Shown here in pieces: positions 42,385 through 52,741 of a DNA stretch of 64,000 bases. The position numbers were made by a program, and so were the translations under genes. The stretch is from an uncultured Methanosarcinales archaeon (lineage in GTDB: Archaea; Halobacteriota; Methanosarcinia; Methanotrichales; Methanotrichaceae), in contig CAWJKV010000016.1 in the NCBI GenBank assembly GCA_963843555.1, positions 32,001 to 96,000 of the forward strand, read 5' to 3'. The notes beneath the pieces were generated by a model. It ran no database searches, was not told the DNA's origin, and saw only the letters and a list, made by a program, of their open reading frames with translations. Numbering within the stretch: the first letter of the stretch is position 1; every line of letters starts with the position of its first letter.

Positions 42385-42546
42385 ATGACAGAGAATATGA
42401 TCGCCCCTCCGGATGTCATTGTCCCTCTGGATGTGCCAATTCAAAATTGCCATAAATACCTGGAGAATTATAGGAATATCACCAAGGGCAGCGACCGGCT
42501 GATGCTCTTTGCCGGAGACCAGAAAGCCGAGCGCCTGGGAGATTAG
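42385..42546 (+). pseudogene. N-terminal fragment of a class I (DhnA-type) fructose-bisphosphate aldolase-like gene
   Basis: GAGGTG RBS; MTENMIAPPDVIVPLDVP...YLENY..ITKGSDRLMLFAGDQK.E.L then TAG. Confidence 0.65.
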
Positions 42547-42549
42547 GCT

Positions 42550-43305
42550 TTGGGGGAGAGATCGGCGAGGCTGGTTCTGCTCAGACACGGAGAGAGCCTC
42601 TGGAACCAGGAAGGCAGGTTCACAGGCTGGATGGATATCGACCTCTCCGAAAAGGGAAGATTGGAGGCGAGAGATGCAGGACGACTCATGCAAAATTCCG
42701 GATTTATTTTCAACAGGGCTTACACCTCCGTCCTGAAACGCGCCATCAGGACTCTCTGGATTGTCCTCGAAGAGATGGATCTGATGTGGATTCCGACATA
42801 TCCTAGCTGGCGGCTCAATGAACGCTTTTATGGTGATTTGCAGGGGCAAAAAAAGCTGGAGATGGATGAGATTTACGGCATAGAGCAGGTCCATCGCTGG
42901 CGCAGGGGCTTTCGAGAGCATCCTCCGGCAATGCCTGTGGGCGACGAGCGCTTCCCGGGAAATGATCCCAGGTACAGTCATCTGGATGTGGGTCAAATAC
43001 CGAGGTCAGAGTCTCTGCAGGAAACGCAAGAGCGCCTCCTGCCCCTCTGGCAGGATCAAATCGCCCCCGAGCTGAAAAGAGGCAAGAACATATTGATGGT
43101 CTCGCACGGCAATACCATCCGCGCCCTGGTCAAGCATATAGAGAACATCTCAGATAAGGATATCGAACTTGTGGAAGTGCCCACGGCAGTCCCGCTGGTC
43201 TATGAGCTGGACGACAGCCTGCGTCCCAGGGCTCGCCGCTGCCTTGGCAGTCCTGATGGCCGGAGACATCTGAGAAATGGATTTGGGCTTGGCAAAACAT
43301 TTTGA
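42550..43305 (+). CDS. gpmA: 2,3-bisphosphoglycerate-dependent phosphoglycerate mutase
   Basis: LVLLRHGES.WN..RFTGW.D, LNER.YG.LQG, SHGN..RAL. Confidence 0.93.
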   Translation: MGERSARLVLLRHGESLWNQEGRFTGWMDIDLSEKGRLEARDAGRLMQNSGFIFNRAYTSVLKRAIRTLWIVLEEMDLMWIPTYPSWRLNERFYGDLQGQKKLEMDEIYGIEQVHRWRRGFREHPPAMPVGDERFPGNDPRYSHLDVGQIPRSESLQETQERLLPLWQDQIAPELKRGKNILMVSHGNTIRALVKHIENISDKDIELVEVPTAVPLVYELDDSLRPRARRCLGSPDGRRHLRNGFGLGKTF

Positions 43306-43329
43306 GAGAAGAATTTGGGAGAGTTGGGG

Positions 43330-44274
43330 ATGACATATACAGTTGAAATCATATCCATGGAGCGAAAAGAGGAGCTGGTCGATCAATATGGCGGCCGGAT
43401 ACGCTATGAGATCAAGTCCGAGATTTATGGATGCTGCATCAAGCTCTTGACAGGCGTCACATCCGTCAAGGACGCCTGGGAAGAGAGCTTCTATTCCGCA
43501 TCTCAGAACATTCGATCCCATGGTCGGCTTTATGTGCTGCAGGATAAGTCCCAGGAAGAAAACCGGGTCTACTACGATCCTCAATCCAAGACCGGATTTT
43601 TGTTTAATATGGACTATTATGGCTGGATAAAGTCTCTGGCTCTGAGCTTGGCTGGCGATATCCTGGAAGATAATCATGGTATCTACTCTGTGCACGGAGC
43701 CTGCCTGGATGCCCGGGGTTTGGGCCTTTGCATCTTAGGAGGATCGGGTGCCGGCAAGACCACGCACACCTATGGTCTCCTGCGCAGCCCGCGAGTGCGC
43801 GTGGTCTCAGACGACTGGTTCTATGCCCGGATTTTTGGGGATGACGTTCTGGCCTATGGCTCAGAGAAGAATTTCTACATTCGTGCCGATCTGGCTGACA
43901 TCTGGAAGGAGTTCTCAGGCCTTGTGGAGAAGGCAGTCTTTGATGAGAAGGGGCGTGCTGTGGTGGACCTGCGCTGGGTGATCGGCAAAGGACGCATACT
44001 TCCCCTTACGACGCTGGAAAATGTGATCCTCCTAAAACGCGACGCATCGGAGGAGGAAACCGTTCGGGAGCTGGGAGGCGAGGAGGCCCTGCAGATCATG
44101 GAAGCGAATGAATACTTCAATCCTCACCTGTTGGTGCATAGCGACTTCAAGCGCCGCCTGCGCAGCCGCTTCTTCCGGTCACTGTTTGCCCGCGCGAGGG
44201 TGCATGAGGTCAATACCAGGGGCACGCCAGAGGAGAGCCAGAGAATAATAAGGGAGATTGTGGGGATCGAGTAA
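43330..44274 (+). CDS. HPr kinase/PEPCK-like P-loop protein
   Basis: VHGAC, GGSGAGKTT, VSDDW. Confidence 0.75.
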   Translation: MTYTVEIISMERKEELVDQYGGRIRYEIKSEIYGCCIKLLTGVTSVKDAWEESFYSASQNIRSHGRLYVLQDKSQEENRVYYDPQSKTGFLFNMDYYGWIKSLALSLAGDILEDNHGIYSVHGACLDARGLGLCILGGSGAGKTTHTYGLLRSPRVRVVSDDWFYARIFGDDVLAYGSEKNFYIRADLADIWKEFSGLVEKAVFDEKGRAVVDLRWVIGKGRILPLTTLENVILLKRDASEEETVRELGGEEALQIMEANEYFNPHLLVHSDFKRRLRSRFFRSLFARARVHEVNTRGTPEESQRIIREIVGIE

Positions 44275-44585
44275 AATAGTTTTAATTTTTGATTTGGAGG
44301 ACCAATGTGTAGGAACAGTCTGGTGGTATTTAGCATCTTCAAATGCCAAACTATTGTTTGAATCCCGCTCTTAACCGCCGACGATGAGAGATTGGCATCC
44401 GGAATTGAGCCAACTTCTGAGATATATATATTTATTTTAGCATTAATTTCAAAAGTTACATAATATTGACTTCTTAGAAGATGTCAGTAATAATATGCAT
44501 TAGAAAATGTTAGGAAATATGCCGATTGCTTAGTTGGATAAAGTATATCACCTACATAAGCTATCTATTATTGGGAAGGTAAAAT

Positions 44586-46481
44586 ATGTCTTCAAAAGGA
44601 GTTATTACAATGATGTTGGTCCTGGTCTTTCTTATTCCAGGCGCCTATAGCGTCAGCGTCAGCATAGCTGGCAGCCAAAGTGGAAGTAGTTTTTCTGATA
44701 CAACGACATTCAGCACTCAGAATAGTGATAGTTTAAGGGTTCATAGTATTGTGGACGGCGCGGCAATGGAGCAGTATGCCAGTGGCAGTGGCAATTTACA
44801 TAAGAGCTTCGGCGCCAGTAACCATCGGGGAGAAAAAGCACAGATAACTGCAGATGTTGTCAATGCAGGCAGCTGGGAATACACTCAGCCCCTCATGGCC
44901 GTGGATGACACAACCGCTTCGGTGACCGGATTTGTCTTGACTGCCAATGATGCATATACGATAAGATGCAATACCATCGCTTCAGACAGGCGAGGTGATA
45001 AAGCCAGTGCATCCGTAGAGGTTTACCGGGGGTCGCTCTACAATTATCATGGAGATGCCTTTGCATCTTCTGGTGGAGTCCTGGCAGTGCAGTCATTTGA
45101 GGATGCAAGAGGTGCCAAGGTCGCAGTAAGGGAAAGAGCTTCGAACCAAATTGGAACTGCAACCACAAACACAGATATACAAAATGGTGGCATCCTCGGT
45201 TACGATAACCTGGACCTTACCTTTGCAGACCCGAAGTCCATGAGGACAGGTGGCCAGTTTGAGAATGCATATGGGAGTATAATCGGGTCCGAGTCATCCG
45301 CTTACCGAACATGTGGATTTAGATCGAATGCAAAGATGGATGTTGTCGGCACAAAAACCCAAAATGGCCAGGTGTCGGGATATGGTAGTGCCGCTGGTGT
45401 CGGTATTACTGATGGAGCCGGTCTTATTTTCGAGACAGGAGCTCAGCAGATTCTGTCTGGAGAGGCACGGGGGAATACGATTGGCCTTTCAGCCTCTTCA
45501 TCAAATTCCGAGAAAGATATGTCGAGCTTGAAGACGGACATCCGGGGTACAAAAACAGAGCCCGGATTCATCAACAGGTACGCGGATCTCACCGAGTCAT
45601 TCCGGGACAGCGTGTTTGCGGACAATCTCTTCCGCCAGACAGAAGGAAATGAGATCTACCTTTCGTCCTCCTCTTCAAACAAGAAGAATGATAGAGCGAA
45701 TGCTAACATGAATGCTGTGGGTGAAGGACAGATCATTAACTATATGGGCTCATCCAGTGCGTTTGCACAGGCAGCATCAGCCAGCAATGACATCGTTGAT
45801 GGAGCTGTCGCGGGAAAGAAAATCGAATTTGATTCAACGGCGTTTGATGCTGCAAGAGATAGAGCTGCCTCAAGCACTAAAGTACTCGATGGATCAATCA
45901 TTGGCACGGTATCGAATAGCGCCGAGTCATTCGGGGAGGGCGTGTCTGCATTCAATTTCTTCAGCCAGGCAGAAGGAAATGAGATCTATCTTTCGTCATC
46001 CTCATCAAATAGAAAGAATGATAGGGCAAACGCCAACATGCATGCTGTCGGCGATGGGCGAATCACCAACTATGTAGGCTCAGCCAGTGCGACTACACAG
46101 ACCGCAACCGCGAGCAATAACATTTTTGACGGAACTTTAGAGGGAAAGAAAATCGGATTTGATGTATCTGCATTCGATGCCGCAAGAAATAGAGCTATCT
46201 TAAACACTGAGGTTCTGGGTGGATATATCTCGGGCACGATATTAAGTAGCTCTGATATAACTGCAGACGAGTTAACTGCATCCAATATCGGCAATGATGT
46301 ATCAGGAAGCTCGATGCGAGTAATATATGATGGCAAAGAGGTGGCAACGGGGGAAACTGCACACGGTACGATCAACATCCCCAATCCTTCAAACCTCCCC
46401 TATTCCATAGTTCTAACCATAAATAGAACATCAACGGGGCAATTCAATAAGTATGGCGGATCTGCAAGCACAAGTAAATGA
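44586..46481 (+). CDS. Secreted Ser/Ala/Gly-rich repeat protein (putative surface protein)
   Basis: Signal peptide; 110-aa tandem duplication with 330-nt period; lower GC. Confidence 0.8.
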   Translation: MSSKGVITMMLVLVFLIPGAYSVSVSIAGSQSGSSFSDTTTFSTQNSDSLRVHSIVDGAAMEQYASGSGNLHKSFGASNHRGEKAQITADVVNAGSWEYTQPLMAVDDTTASVTGFVLTANDAYTIRCNTIASDRRGDKASASVEVYRGSLYNYHGDAFASSGGVLAVQSFEDARGAKVAVRERASNQIGTATTNTDIQNGGILGYDNLDLTFADPKSMRTGGQFENAYGSIIGSESSAYRTCGFRSNAKMDVVGTKTQNGQVSGYGSAAGVGITDGAGLIFETGAQQILSGEARGNTIGLSASSSNSEKDMSSLKTDIRGTKTEPGFINRYADLTESFRDSVFADNLFRQTEGNEIYLSSSSSNKKNDRANANMNAVGEGQIINYMGSSSAFAQAASASNDIVDGAVAGKKIEFDSTAFDAARDRAASSTKVLDGSIIGTVSNSAESFGEGVSAFNFFSQAEGNEIYLSSSSSNRKNDRANANMHAVGDGRITNYVGSASATTQTATASNNIFDGTLEGKKIGFDVSAFDAARNRAILNTEVLGGYISGTILSSSDITADELTASNIGNDVSGSSMRVIYDGKEVATGETAHGTINIPNPSNLPYSIVLTINRTSTGQFNKYGGSASTSK

Positions 46482-46511
46482 TCTCATTTAGGGAAGAAAT
46501 GATCGGTTAGA

Positions 46512-46540
46512 GAGCCTTGAAAGAGGCTCACCTCCTTTTT
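46512..46540 (+). terminator. Hairpin plus pyrimidine/T tract after the surface-protein gene
   Basis: GAGCCT-TGAAAG-AGGCTC followed by ACCTCCTTTTT. Confidence 0.45.
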
Positions 46541-46831
46541 CCATGATCATATGCTGAACCGATCTCTATCCGAGCGGATTGAACTGGAAACATCTGCTCG
46601 AGGCAATGAACTCAAATCCCAATGCTCAATTTTAATATTTGGATTTTTTGAAATCATGCAACAAAGCATGCCAAAGACCTGGGGAAAACGAATAGAAGGG
46701 GGGCAAAAGTCTGAAGGTGTAGGAGGGAGAAAAGAAACCATCGACCTTTGCCTTATATCTACTAGTCATTTGTCGATATTTAAGGTTTTCGCCTATGAAT
46801 ACGAACCAAGCCTTCGTGCAAGATACCGCTC

Positions 46832-47105
46832 AAAAAAAGGGAATGAACGAGCCTCGGGCAGGCCAGCACCCACAGCGCCTTCCTCAGAGGAGACTACCAC
46901 CGCAGTATCGGCGCTTGAACCGCCCAGGACTTCGATCCATCAAAGCCGTGCTACACAGGCTGAAGTACTGCATGCTTCGCTCATATGGCCCGCACTTTCT
47001 GGCCTTGCTGGTGTCAGCTCTATCTGTTTGCTTTGCCTAATGCCCCCTCCCGAGGCAAGCACCTCTTTAGCCCGAAGGATGCGAGTCCCGGTGGGCTCGG
47101 CTTCG
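46832..47105 (-). ncRNA. Candidate structured non-coding RNA (family not recognised)
   Basis: Nested long-range stems plus several local hairpins; T-run at the 3' end; no credible ORF. Confidence 0.35.
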
Positions 47106-47154
47106 AAATTTATGCCATCAGAACTCTTTCGTCGGGGAACCGGTCTGACTTTTC

Positions 47155-49002
47155 TCACAACTCCATTTTCCCCTTGTGTCTCTTCCTCTCCAGACCCCAC
47201 CCACGCACGCTCGCAGGACGCAATGGGATGAGGCATTGCCTTCCCTCGCCCATCAGATCCAGCCTTCCTGCCATCTTCAAGCCCTCCTTGACCAGATCAT
47301 AGTTCTTAGGGTCCCGGTATTGCAGCATAGCCCGCTGAATCCTCTTCTCCCGGCCTCTGGGCACGTGCACAGGCTCGAGCGTGAAAGGATCAATGCCCGT
47401 GTAGTACATGGCAGTGGAGACTGTCATGGGTGTGGGGGTGAAGTCCTGCACCTGCTCAGTGTACATATGATTGTCTCGCAAAAACTCTGCCAGCTCAACC
47501 ATATCCCCAACGGTGCACCCGGGATGGCCGGACATGAGATAGGGCAAGAGGTACTGCTCCTTTCCCACAGCCTTGGAGGCGTCTCGAAAGCGCTCCCGGA
47601 AGGCCTGCAAGACCTCTTGAGGGGGCTTATGCATGCACTCTGTAACACTTCGGGTGATATGCTCCGGGGCTATCTTGAGGTGACCGGAGACGTGATACCG
47701 GCAGAGTTCCTCCAGATAGGGAGAAGAGTCTGCCATCACCAGATCGTGCCTTATCCCCGAGCCGATGAAGACTCTTTTTACTCCCGGAATCTTGCGAAGC
47801 CGGCGCAGCAGCTCTACCTGACGGGAATGATCTTTGTCCAGAGTCGGACACTCTGCTGAGCACAACTTTTCGGGGCATGCGCCCTGCTTCCAGCGTGGGC
47901 AAATAAGGCCGTACATGTTGGCCGTCGGCCCGCCCACATCCTGGATGATGCCTTTGAAGCTTGACATATGAGTCATCCTCACTGCCTCGCGCACGATGGA
48001 GTCCAGACTCCTGCTCTGCACAATTCTGCCCTGGTGGTGTGTCAGGGCACAAAATGAGCAGGATCCGAAACATCCCCTGTGGCTGGTGATGGAAAACTTG
48101 ACCGGCTCCAGGGCAGGAATGGGTTCCCGGTAAGAGGGATGGGCCTCACGAGCGTAAGGCAGCTCGTAGATGTGGTCCAGCTCCTCCGCGGTTAATGGCA
48201 GAGCCGGACGGTTTTGGATGATGACGGTCTTGGGGTGGGGCTGGACGACTGTGCGGCCGCGAAATGGGTCCTGTTCCCCAAAATGCATGGCGAAGGCCTC
48301 AGCATATTTTCTCTTGTCTCTGGAGATATCTATGAAACCGGGAATTACAAGGCAGTCCGAACGCGGCGCATTTCTCCAGCTGCCGATCTCTTCTTTCACC
48401 GTCGTCCCTGCAATATCTCTGATCTCTTCAATTCGCTCCCCTTTTTCCAGGCGCAGGGCCACTTCTCCGAGTGGCTTCTCTCCCATGCCATAGACCAGGA
48501 GATCGGCCGGCGCATCAGCCAGAATGGACTGTCGAACCGAGTCCGACCAGAAGTCGTATTGAGCAAACCTGCGCAAGCTGGCCTCGATTCCGCCTATTAT
48601 GATCGGAACTCCAGGAAAGAGGGCGTGAATCTTGTTTGCATAAACTATCACAGCCCTGTCTGGCCGGCAAAGAGCTCCCGCTGGCGAATAGACATCCGAA
48701 CTGCGGCGTTTGAGATTGGGCGTGAAGTTGTTCACCAGAGAGTCTACGTTCCCAGAGGATACGCCAAAAAAGAGGCGCGGCCAGCCCAGCTTCAGGAAGT
48801 CGTCATCTCTTTTCCAGTCCGGCTGGGCGATTATGCCCACTGTATAGCCCGCATCCCAGAGCACCCGGCCGATTAGAGCCGCCCCAAAAGAGGGATGATC
48901 GACATAAGCGTCTCCGCTTATCAGAATAACATCAAACTGTTCTATCCCCAGGATCTTCGCTTCTTGTAGGGACATGGGAAGTATTCGGGGCTGCTTTATC
49001 AT
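47155..49002 (-). CDS. YgiQ/UPF0313-family radical SAM protein
   Basis: GDAYVDHPSFG, GGIEASLRR, RGCFGSCSFC, DVGGPTANMY, APEH, QVQDFTPTP. Confidence 0.93.
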   Translation of the reverse strand: MIKQPRILPMSLQEAKILGIEQFDVILISGDAYVDHPSFGAALIGRVLWDAGYTVGIIAQPDWKRDDDFLKLGWPRLFFGVSSGNVDSLVNNFTPNLKRRSSDVYSPAGALCRPDRAVIVYANKIHALFPGVPIIIGGIEASLRRFAQYDFWSDSVRQSILADAPADLLVYGMGEKPLGEVALRLEKGERIEEIRDIAGTTVKEEIGSWRNAPRSDCLVIPGFIDISRDKRKYAEAFAMHFGEQDPFRGRTVVQPHPKTVIIQNRPALPLTAEELDHIYELPYAREAHPSYREPIPALEPVKFSITSHRGCFGSCSFCALTHHQGRIVQSRSLDSIVREAVRMTHMSSFKGIIQDVGGPTANMYGLICPRWKQGACPEKLCSAECPTLDKDHSRQVELLRRLRKIPGVKRVFIGSGIRHDLVMADSSPYLEELCRYHVSGHLKIAPEHITRSVTECMHKPPQEVLQAFRERFRDASKAVGKEQYLLPYLMSGHPGCTVGDMVELAEFLRDNHMYTEQVQDFTPTPMTVSTAMYYTGIDPFTLEPVHVPRGREKRIQRAMLQYRDPKNYDLVKEGLKMAGRLDLMGEGRQCLIPLRPASVRGWGLERKRHKGKMEL

Positions 49003-49111
49003 TCACACTTAAGAGGCCTCGTGGCATCATAAACTCTTCCCAATCGGTAACGCTTTTGTTTTTATACTTAATGGTACCTATAATTATAAGATCTAATTCA
49101 GGAGTCGGTGA

Positions 49112-51064
49112 ATGCCCAGAGAGACAGTTATAGGCAATGGCCGCATCGCCATCGCCTTTGACGGCAAAATGAATATCAGAGATTTCTTCTACCCCAGGGT
49201 AGGTCTGGAAAATCACCTCTTGGGACATTTTCTGAGGATGGGCATCTGGGCAGACGGCCAGTTTCGCTGGTCTGACGATGGCTGGGATGTGGAGACGGGC
49301 TACATGCCGCAGACTCTGGTAGGCAGATGTCGAGCAAAGCATGAGGAGCTAGGCCTTCAGCTGGAGACTAATGACGGAGTGCATCACTCCCTGGACGTGC
49401 TTCTGAGAAAGGTTACCATTCGCAACCTTTCAGCTTCGCATAGGAAGATAAGGCTCTTCTTCACCCACGACTTTCACATCTATGGAGACTCCGTGGGCGA
49501 TACTGTGATGTATGAGCCTGTCCTCGATTCCATAATCCATTACAAGCGCAATCGTTATTTTCTCATCAGTGGGTTCGCCCAAAAGAAAGGATTGCACCAG
49601 TTTGCCACGGGCTACAAAGAGCAGCCGGGCAGGGAAGGAACCTGGAGAGATGCCGAAGACGGACTTCTGGAAGGAAATACCATAGCCCAGGGCTCTGTTG
49701 ACTCAGCCGTCTCCTTTGAACTCAATCTACTGCCCAATTCCGTGGGGTCGGTTCATTACTGGATAGCCTGCGCCCGCAGCCTGAAACAGGTTCTGGACCT
49801 AACCCTAAAAGTCAAAGAGATAGGGGTCGAGCAGCTATTAATGGAGACGGAAAACTACTGGGCGGCCTGGCTGAACAAGAAGAGCATCAGTCTTGCCAGA
49901 CTGCCTAGAAACATCCTCACTGCCTACAAAAACTCGCTTCTCATCATGCGATCCCATGCCGACAGCCAGGGAGGGATAATTGCCTCCACTGATTCGAACA
50001 TTCTGCAGTTCAGCCGGGATACCTACTCCTACGTCTGGATGAGAGACGGAAGCATCGCGAGCATGGCCTTCGACATGGCAGGTTTTCCGGAGGTAACCAG
50101 ACGCTTCTTCCGGTTCTGTAATGAAGTGATAACAGAGGATGGCTTCTTTCACCACAAATATTCGCCGGACGGATCTGTGGGAAGCAGCTGGCTGGCAGCT
50201 TCCGGATTTGAGGGCCTTGCCATCGAAGAGGATGAGACAGCCCTGGTCCTTTATGCCCTCTGGAAGCACTTCCAAAAATTTCGTGACATAGAGTTCATAG
50301 AAGAGGTCTACCCCAATCTGGTCTTGAAAACAACCGATTTCCTGCTGAAGTACATCGATCCGAGGACCGGCCTTCCCAGGCCCTCCTTCGATCTCTGGGA
50401 GGAGAAATATGGCGTATTCACATGGACGGCAGCAACAGTCTACGCGGGGTTGTGGGCGGCTGCCAAATTTTCCCGGGTCTTCTACAACCGGGAACGCCAC
50501 GACGTTCTCTGCCAGGCATCCAATGATCTAAAGGCAACCATGCTCGAGCACCTCTACGATGGCGAGAGTCACAGATTCATAAATGCCATCTTCCCAGACG
50601 GATCGAGAGATACGAACGTGGACAGCAGCATATCTGCAGTCTTTCTTTACGGAGGCTTCCAGGCGTCGGACAATGTCGTAGAGGAGACAATGAATTCAAT
50701 CTTCGACCGGCTCTGGATAGGGAAAGGCGTTGGCGGCCTGGCAAGGTATGAGAATGATGAGTACCAGAGAGCATCAAGAGATGCGACTGGAAATCCCTGG
50801 TTTATATCCACACTCTGGCTGGCAAGGTGGCATATTGCGCGAGCAAGATCGATGCTGCAACTAAATGAGGGAATGGAACTCTTGATCTGGGCAGCAAACT
50901 CATCCCTGCCATCGGGAGTGATGGCGGAGCAGATTCACCCCTTCACAGGCGTTCCCGTTTCTGTTTCCCCACTGGTCTGGAGTCATGCCGAATTCGTCAT
51001 CGCCGTCTGCGAGTACCTGGAAAAGCAACAGGAGATCTCTAATAGCCTTTTGGTCCAGGGCTGA
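49112..51064 (+). CDS. Glycoside hydrolase family 15 (glucoamylase-like)
   Basis: YSYVWMRDG, DLWEE, ARYEND.Y, AEQ, PLVWSHA. Confidence 0.9.
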   Translation: MPRETVIGNGRIAIAFDGKMNIRDFFYPRVGLENHLLGHFLRMGIWADGQFRWSDDGWDVETGYMPQTLVGRCRAKHEELGLQLETNDGVHHSLDVLLRKVTIRNLSASHRKIRLFFTHDFHIYGDSVGDTVMYEPVLDSIIHYKRNRYFLISGFAQKKGLHQFATGYKEQPGREGTWRDAEDGLLEGNTIAQGSVDSAVSFELNLLPNSVGSVHYWIACARSLKQVLDLTLKVKEIGVEQLLMETENYWAAWLNKKSISLARLPRNILTAYKNSLLIMRSHADSQGGIIASTDSNILQFSRDTYSYVWMRDGSIASMAFDMAGFPEVTRRFFRFCNEVITEDGFFHHKYSPDGSVGSSWLAASGFEGLAIEEDETALVLYALWKHFQKFRDIEFIEEVYPNLVLKTTDFLLKYIDPRTGLPRPSFDLWEEKYGVFTWTAATVYAGLWAAAKFSRVFYNRERHDVLCQASNDLKATMLEHLYDGESHRFINAIFPDGSRDTNVDSSISAVFLYGGFQASDNVVEETMNSIFDRLWIGKGVGGLARYENDEYQRASRDATGNPWFISTLWLARWHIARARSMLQLNEGMELLIWAANSSLPSGVMAEQIHPFTGVPVSVSPLVWSHAEFVIAVCEYLEKQQEISNSLLVQG

Positions 51065-51079
51065 AAGGGGTGCCAAGAG

Positions 51080-51412
51080 ATGTTCATGAAGCTCTGCGCT
51101 ACCAAGGATGTCTCCCCTGGGGAGATGAAGCAGTTTGATCTGAAAGAGGAAGAGATACTGGTCGTCAACCTATCGGGACAGTTCTATTGCCTGGAGGCGA
51201 GGTGCTCTCATGCGGGTGCGCCCCTGTACGAGGGCTCAATCGAGGATGAAGTTCTCACCTGTCCCTGGCACTATTCTCAATTCAAGATTAAGGATGGATC
51301 GGTTCTGAGAGGGCCGGCTGAAAAACCATTGCGAGTTTACCGGACAGAAATAAAGGATCGCCAGATCTTCGTGGAGACGAATGGGCCAGTGGAGAGAAGG
51401 CCAGACGATTGA
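51080..51412 (+). CDS. Rieske-type [2Fe-2S] ferredoxin
   Basis: CSHAG...CPWH. Confidence 0.92.
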   Translation: MFMKLCATKDVSPGEMKQFDLKEEEILVVNLSGQFYCLEARCSHAGAPLYEGSIEDEVLTCPWHYSQFKIKDGSVLRGPAEKPLRVYRTEIKDRQIFVETNGPVERRPDD

Positions 51413-51538
51413 AAAAATGTTGAATAGGAAAATTTGAGAGATCTTCATCGCATTTTTGGCATCCTGTCCCGACATCGATCCCTTTTACAAAGGCAAGTTT
51501 TAAGATCAGAAAGATCATAGTAGTAGGAGGGAGAGGCA

Positions 51539-52687
51539 ATGAAGAACAGACCAAGATATCTAGCCGTGCTGGCAATCGCTATAATCCTTCTGACATCCAT
51601 AGGTGAGGCCGTCACAATTGACGTCGCCCCCGGACAGAGCATTCAGGCGGCCATAAACAGGGCAAACTCTGGCGATACGGTCTCCGTTCAGAGCGGGGTT
51701 TATCGCGAGAGTTTGAATATAACCAGGCCGATTATCCTGGTGGGAAAAGGCCATCCGCTGCTGGATGGAAGCGCAATCGGCAGCGCGATAACCCTGCGAG
51801 CCGATGGAGCTCGTGTGTCTGGATTCGATATCAGAACCGTGCGCCAGACGGGGATACATGTCCTTTCCCGGAATAATATCATAGAAAATAATACCATAAG
51901 CGGTTGCCTGGATGGCATTCGCCTGGACCATTCCCGCTCGAACTCCATTGCTCGTAATGATATAAACAACAACACCAATGGCATAACCCTGTACGGCTCG
52001 GAAGGAAATACCATTGAGAATAATAATATCAGAGACAACGATATTAATGAAGAGAGCGACTGCGGCATCTTTCTGGTCTATTCCTCAAATAATGTCATCC
52101 GCAAGAACGATCTGATGGACAATGGCGACTGTTCCATATCGCTGCGCTCCAGCAGCAACAATACCATAATCGGCAACAATGTCACCGAGAACGATTGGTA
52201 CGGGATCTCCCTGTCCGAGTCCAGCAACATGAATCTGATTGCCAATAACAATGCCAGCAACAATACCGATGCCGGCATATATCTGGACAGCTCCCGGCAG
52301 AATCTCATCCGGCGCAACACGGCCGCGCATAACGCCAAGGGCATTTACCTCTCTTATGACAGCAATGACAACATCCTGGAAGAGAATAATGTTTCATATA
52401 ACGAAAAGGGATTGAATCTGGCAAATCACAGCAGCAATAACACCGTTGTCGGAAACACAGCCAAGGAGAATGGATACGGCATTTACCTATCCTTCTCCTC
52501 AGGATGGGATCTAGTTTTCGGCAACCACCTCATCAATAATGGCTTTAATGCCTACGACCTGGGCAAGAACAACCGCTGGGACAATGGCAGCGTGGGCAAC
52601 TACTATAGCGATCTGGGCCGGATCTTCTACGTCCCCGGAGGGCCCAGCGTGGATAGGCACCCAATGGCGGAGGTGCCAGGCTCCTGA
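51539..52687 (+). CDS. Secreted NosD/CASH parallel beta-helix protein
   Basis: Signal peptide, SIQAAIN, many GI.L..S.NN.I..N repeats, GNYYSD. Confidence 0.88.
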   Translation: MKNRPRYLAVLAIAIILLTSIGEAVTIDVAPGQSIQAAINRANSGDTVSVQSGVYRESLNITRPIILVGKGHPLLDGSAIGSAITLRADGARVSGFDIRTVRQTGIHVLSRNNIIENNTISGCLDGIRLDHSRSNSIARNDINNNTNGITLYGSEGNTIENNNIRDNDINEESDCGIFLVYSSNNVIRKNDLMDNGDCSISLRSSSNNTIIGNNVTENDWYGISLSESSNMNLIANNNASNNTDAGIYLDSSRQNLIRRNTAAHNAKGIYLSYDSNDNILEENNVSYNEKGLNLANHSSNNTVVGNTAKENGYGIYLSFSSGWDLVFGNHLINNGFNAYDLGKNNRWDNGSVGNYYSDLGRIFYVPGGPSVDRHPMAEVPGS

Positions 52688-52741
52688 AGACTCAAGGAAA
52701 GTTTTTTAGCACATCAGTGACAACATATAATGGGATTCAAT

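Noticed and set aside
42544..42546. Pyrrolysine read-through at the in-frame TAG
   Set aside because: No pyl genes in the window and TAG is used as a normal stop in many genes here
46832..47231. SRP RNA, RNase P RNA, or the 226-aa ORF 46551-47231
   Set aside because: Diagnostic helix-8 and P4 motifs not found; the ORF has no recognisable motif and atypical composition
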